64,000 nucleotides of DNA from Octopus vulgaris (lineage: Eukaryota), in contig OX597842.1 in the NCBI GenBank assembly GCA_951406725.2, positions 8,990,001-9,054,000 on the forward strand, read 5' to 3'. The translations under genes were made by a program, and so were the position numbers. The notes below the pieces were generated by a model. It was not told where the DNA came from, made no database searches, and saw only the letters and a program-made list of their open reading frames with translations. Position 1 is the stretch's first letter. Each line of letters starts with the position of its first letter. Positions 59,472 to 64,000 of the stretch are shown in pieces.

Positions 59472-61408
59472 GAGCCTGGTGCAGCCTTCCAATTTAAACA
59501 AATTCTGTAATAATAATCTAGCTAATATTAACTATAGCTACAGTATAACTATCACAAACAATAAACATAACCGTATTTTAAATGAATGCACATGTAAAGA
59601 CAAATCCAAATGTTGGATTAATAATAATTGCAATCTAGATAACGTAATTTATAAATGTATAGTAACCTCTAATAATAATAACAATATTAATAATAAAGAA
59701 TATGTTGGATCCACAGCGAACGAAATTAAAAGAAGAATTTCCCAGCATTATCAGTCTTTCAAAAATCCCAAATTAAAAAATTTGACAGGTCTAAGTAAAT
59801 ACATAAGGGAGTTAAAATCTAATAAAATAGAATACACCCTTAATTGGTATATTATTTGTAGAGCAAATTCATATAAAATAGGTAACAAAACATGCTTATT
59901 ATGTACAACAGAATTTATGAAAATACTCCAGTCAAGAGAGTTATTATTAAACAGTAATGAAGAGAGAGGAATAAGATGCCGACATAGGAATAGCTTTACG
60001 TATAAAACGAAAAGTATATAAAATGGTAAAACCCCACCAGCATGATGAATATGGTTACTAGAAGTTACTAGAAGTTTTAATTGTATTTATAGTAGTATTA
60101 TATACGTATATACTAAGAATTTATTAAACAATATTTATGATTTTCTAATGATATATGCACACACACACACATATGTAAAGTTACCGGGTACATAAACACA
60201 CCAACATCAGTTGTCAAGTGATGATGGGGAGGGGGACAAATAGACACAAACACACACACACACATATATATGACAGGCTTCTTTTAGTTTCCATCTAGCA
60301 AATCCAATCACAAGGCTTTGGTCAGCCTGATGCTATAGTAGAAGACACTTGCCCAAGGTGCCATGCACTAATACTGGTTGTCAAGCAGTGCCGAAGGTGC
60401 CACGCAAGGGGATTGAACCTGGAACCATGTAGTTGGGAAGCAAGCTTCTTACCACACAGCCAAGTCTGTGTTTTATTTTCCATATGATGAATAGATGACA
60501 ACTGAGCATAGCTTGGGGGAGAGGGAGTGATGACTGTCAGTATAGAAATGGTAGTATGTTGTGTTATGCTTTCTTTACTTACAGCAGCAGAACAACGAAG
60601 TAGATAGGAGAATGAGGAAAAGATGAGTGATAGGAAGATGAGGGAGTAATGTTAAAGGTTGCTAGCATGTAGGGCAGAGCAAAATGTGTGGGATATAGCG
60701 AAATATAAACAAGATTGCTAGTAGCTGATGGTAAGAATGAAGGACCAACTTCAATAGAAAGTGGCTCAGAGGAAGGACACTTTTTCAGTCAAGAAGCGAG
60801 AAATTTCATGTTGATGAGTGAAGAGAAATCATACATGAAGTGACCCTTTTTAAACATAAATGGAGCTGGCTGAAAGGAGATAACTTTATCTTGCCCAGAA
60901 GGGGTTTCACTTCAAAGAATTTCATTTCAGGATTATATTTTTTCACAACAATGGCTGACCAAAACTGACCAAGAATAACCTCCGCACATACACTCTTCGA
61001 CTTCACACCCCACGCCACCTAAAAATTACACCACCACCCCCAACCACAACTCCTATCCCATGTCTATACTAACACCACTATGCAACTATGCTTGCACACC
61101 AACTCTACACATCATTCTCCCCACCAACCCAACATCACATCCAGATGGATGCACTCTTACACTCCCACCTACATACCCTTTCTTTCTTAAAAACCCCTCC
61201 TCTATAGACCAGCTATTGCACCCCAGGCTTCTAATCCTACACCAATATTCTGCTTATAGTTTTGCATTGCCTATCCTCCCCACCACCCGTGCTTCTGTTT
61301 CTTTCTTTTGATGAAGGACTAATGCTCAAAATGTTAAGACACCTCTTTCCATCAATGTGTTAATATCTCATTCCTCAAAGATTGTATTTACAGTATATAT
61401 ATATGTAT

Positions 61409-61440
<32 letters not shown>

Positions 61441-62490
61441 ATACATATAAGAGGGATGACCACTAAGTGGACATCCATTAGAAGTAGACTGCCTTATAGT
61501 CTTACCACTAAAAAAAGATTGTTCGCAAGAAAATTCAGCAAATGCCAGAACGTAAGCAAGCATAGTATTTTGGCATGCCAAAACGAAAACTTTTGAAGGA
61601 TAACCCCAAATGTAATTGGTAGAACTGTTTACATGTTCAATCTCATGTGAACGTCCTGTGTATAGTTCTGCAAATTATATTTTGCTACGACGATCACACT
61701 GATGAATTGCGGACATTTATGTAAGTAATTACGTAAGTGGTAAAAATGAAACCAGGTTTGTGATAATCATTATATTTTGTATCTTTTCATTTGTATCTTT
61801 TCATTTACTGAATTTTCTTGAGAACAATCTTTTCTTAGTGGTATGACCATAGGGGGTCTACTTCTAGCATAATAGATGTCCACTTAGTGGTCATCTCTCT
61901 TATATGCATGTAATATAATTTTTCTGAATCTTCAGATTTTTCAATATACTAGGCCACTGGTTTAAATTGATATTAATCAAATTAATATTCAATTTTTCAC
62001 CCTTATTATTTATATATATATATATACATACATACATATATTTTCATTCTCTCACTTTTTATTTTCTCTTATTCCTTTCCGTGGAAGAGCATAGGCTCAA
62101 AATGTAAAAGACTTTTTCCTTTTTCCTGAGTATCAAACAAATACACTTGCTTATTGCTCATACACCTGTCTTCATCCTTTGTTTTTCTATATATGTATAT
62201 GCGTGTGTATATATATATATTGATATATATATAGTGATATATATTGATATATATATATTGATATATTTGACTTCTTATTATTTGCTCTGTATTTAACTAA
62301 TGCTTTTTCCTGATGTCTTGCAAACAAATTGCACATGCAAGTGCTACCAGTCAAGAACTCCACATACCAGAAGCCAGAAAGTGTATGGGGTCATCAGGAG
62401 AGAATGCGTGCCGTTTCGGGGCCTACCTCTCAACAGCATCAATGTACATTGAGTTCTAACACCAGTTCTAACACTATGCCTAAGCAAGAT

Positions 62491-62534
<44 letters not shown>

Positions 62535-62671
62535 TTCAGATGAATATGGTACTTAAGTTGAGGCACCAGAATTTAGTACGGTATTATCCATACAATTTCA
62601 AAAGAAGGTGATTAAAATTAAAATAAGCAACAAGGATATCCTCTGGATATTCTTGTTGCTTATTTTGATTT

Positions 62672-62716
<45 letters not shown>

Positions 62717-62951
62717 ACTTTCCATTTGTCGTGCTCGCTTACGTTCTGGTGTTTGCTAAATTTTTCTTGAGAACTTTTCTTAGTAGTAAGATCATAACGG
62801 ATCTACTTCTAGCATAAGGGTTGTCCACATAGTGGTCCTCCCTCTCATAGGTATATAATACAATTTTCTAAACCTTCAAATTTTAATATGCTAGACCACT
62901 GGTGTTAAATTGATGTTAATTAGATAAATATCCAATTTCTCACCCTCATTT

Positions 62952-62997
<46 letters not shown>

Positions 62998-63037
62998 TGT
63001 GTATGTGTGTGTGTGCAGTTAAGTACATGTATATATG

Positions 63038-63096
<59 letters not shown>

Positions 63097-63351
63097 TTAT
63101 GGTTGGATGTATGTATATCCATGTGTATGTGTGTGTATGTATATACATACATATATATATGATACATAATATATATGATATATATATATACATACATATA
63201 TGTATGATATATAATATATACATACATATATATGATATAAATATACATACATAGATACATATGATATATGTATATACATATATACATACATATATGTACA
63301 TATACCACCTATATACATATATATATAATATACATGTAATATATGTGTATG

Positions 63352-63385
<34 letters not shown>

Positions 63386-63567
63386 TTCAGATGTGTACTG
63401 AGGATGAATGATGAACACTGATGAATGACGACGAATGAGTGGTGAAGAGTGACGAAGAACGAACGAACGAATGATGAATGTTGAGAGAGGTGAAATATAC
63501 CGTGAGCGTCTCTGTAGTAAGCATTGGTTACACTGCGGAATCTTTCTTGTCCAGCCGTGTCCCAGAT
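50499..63567 (-). CDS. Rab26: Rab26/Rab37-family small GTPase; spliced, 5' exons beyond the right end of the window
   Basis: complement join(63501-63567,56101-56153,54399-54521,52463-52539,50499-50601) = 423 nt: [141 protein letters not shown]3/G4/G5 boxes, the YYRDAHALLLLYD signature of Rab26/37 and a CC prenylation motif. Confidence 0.93.
50605..51395 (-). repeat. ~790-bp CT-rich tract (Rab sense) made of ~195-bp duplications that include the acceptor
   Basis: CTGAAAA(A)TAARACAGGAAAA...TGAGAGGTTGAGAGAAG recurs at 50602, 50797 and 50991. Confidence 0.85.
51440..52338. mobile_element. Inverted pair of SINE family A copies in the last Rab intron
   Basis: 51440-51778 (-) and 51916-52338 (+). 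Confidence 0.85.
52463..52539 (-). CDS. Rab26: Rab exon ([25 protein letters not shown])
   Basis: cacccag|GAC ... GCC AG|gtgagc; 77 nt. Confidence 0.95.
53124..53161 (+). ncRNA. Minimal hammerhead-like motif
   Basis: CTGT CTGATGA A CG GCAA CG A GAAAC TC A GA GTA ACAG. Confidence 0.6.
53224..53809. mobile_element. MITE with ~60-bp TIRs beginning GAGCAAAACG (Sola2-like termini)
   Basis: GAGCAAAACGCACCCCACCCCGTCCAATGGAC... / ...GTCCGTTGGACGAGGTGGGGGACGTTTTGCTC; superfamily call tentative. Confidence 0.7.
54399..54521 (-). CDS. Rab26: Rab exon ([41 protein letters not shown])
   Basis: tctctag|GCA ... AGG|gtacgt; 123 nt. Confidence 0.95.
55618..56094. repeat. (GAA)n triplet repeat, ~149 units, then (CAA)n
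   Basis: 99 + 36 + 14 GAA units with two small interruptions. Confidence 0.97.
56101..56153 (-). CDS. Rab26: Rab exon ([18 protein letters not shown])
   Basis: ttttgcag|CC TTG ... CGG|gtaagt; 53 nt. Confidence 0.94.
56396..57178. repeat. 100-bp tandem repeat, ~6 well-preserved units plus degenerate flanks
   Basis: AATAAATTCC-type anchor at 56621, 56721, 56821, 56921, 57021 and 57121. Confidence 0.92.
59490..60021 (+). mobile_element. Penelope-like retroelement GIY-YIG endonuclease fragment (5'-truncated)
   Basis: CTCKDKSKC...C..NVIYKC...[18 protein letters not shown]...LSKYIRELK...W...CLLCTTE...LLNS...CRH; no RT upstream, abuts (TA)n. Confidence 0.85.
61693..61764 (+). ncRNA. Hammerhead ribozyme motif with long stem II
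   Basis: ATCACA CTGATGA ATT...CATTTATGTAA GTAA TTACGTAAGTG...AAT GAAAC C A G GTT TGTGAT. Confidence 0.65.
63501..63567 (-). CDS. Rab26: Rab exon ([22 protein letters not shown])
   Basis: minus strand ttccag|ATC ... CAC G|gtatat; 67 nt. Confidence 0.95.
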
Positions 63568-63570
63568 CTG

Positions 63571-64000
63571 GAAGTGAGAGAACATAAAGAGACAGAGAGA
63601 CAGAGAGAGGCAGACAGAGAGTGAGAGGGAGCGTGAGAGGGAGAGGGATTGGGTGAGTGTGTGCGTGCTGGTGAGAAATATTAGGTGTATGCTCAGAGAG
63701 AGGGAGCGAGGAGTGAAGGAGAGAGGGAGAGGGGGAGAGTGAGGGAGGGAGGGAAGAGAAAGAGGTGGAGATAGAGGTGGTGTGAGGGAGAGAGGGAGAT
63801 AGAATGAAACAGATAGAAAGGTGAGGTGTGTAACAGGGAGAGAGTGAGGAAGAGAGGGAAGAGAGGGGGAGAGAAAAGATAAGAGAGGGAGGGAGGGAAG
63901 AGAGGGAGAGAGGGGGAGAGAGGGGGGAGAGAGAGAGGGAGGAGGGGTGGGAAGAGAAAGAGGAAATAGAGAGGTGGTGTGAGGGAGAGAGGAAGACAGA
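63571..64000 (-). repeat. CT-rich tract (Rab sense) upstream of an exon acceptor
   Basis: GA-rich on the + strand. Confidence 0.93.

Overview
Repeat-rich animal genomic DNA, most likely an octopus; this is inferred from the SINE families and microsatellite load, not from a database hit. Two convergent, 5'-incomplete spliced genes are present. (1) On +, 11 coding exons (2405-23162; 755 aa in window) encode the cytoplasmic half of a receptor guanylyl cyclase of the NPR/Gyc32E type: kinase-homology domain, coiled coil, intact cyclase core and a long Pro-rich tail ending in a PDZ ligand. (2) On -, the last 5 coding exons (63567-50499; 140 aa) encode a Rab26/Rab37-family GTPase ending in GGCC. All junctions are GT-AG and phase-consistent. 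Introns and the intergenic region are built from tRNA-derived SINEs, R4/Dong- and RTE-type LINE fragments, Penelope-like remnants (a GIY-YIG ORF, fold-backs), MITEs and micro/minisatellites. Highlights: a ~340-350 bp tandem array carrying one type I hammerhead ribozyme per unit (non-LTR retrozyme-like, 29.4-31.5 kb) hidden by three nested insertions; about a dozen further hammerhead motifs, including an intact minimal one on the sense strand of a cyclase intron; a TTAA/piggyBac-type MITE filled with ~18 palindromic repeats; an apparent precise double intron loss in the cyclase exon; duplicated in-frame decoy acceptors and a GGTAGAA array around the last Rab exon; and many long fold-backs that could be ADAR substrates. 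All coordinates and counts were read by hand.
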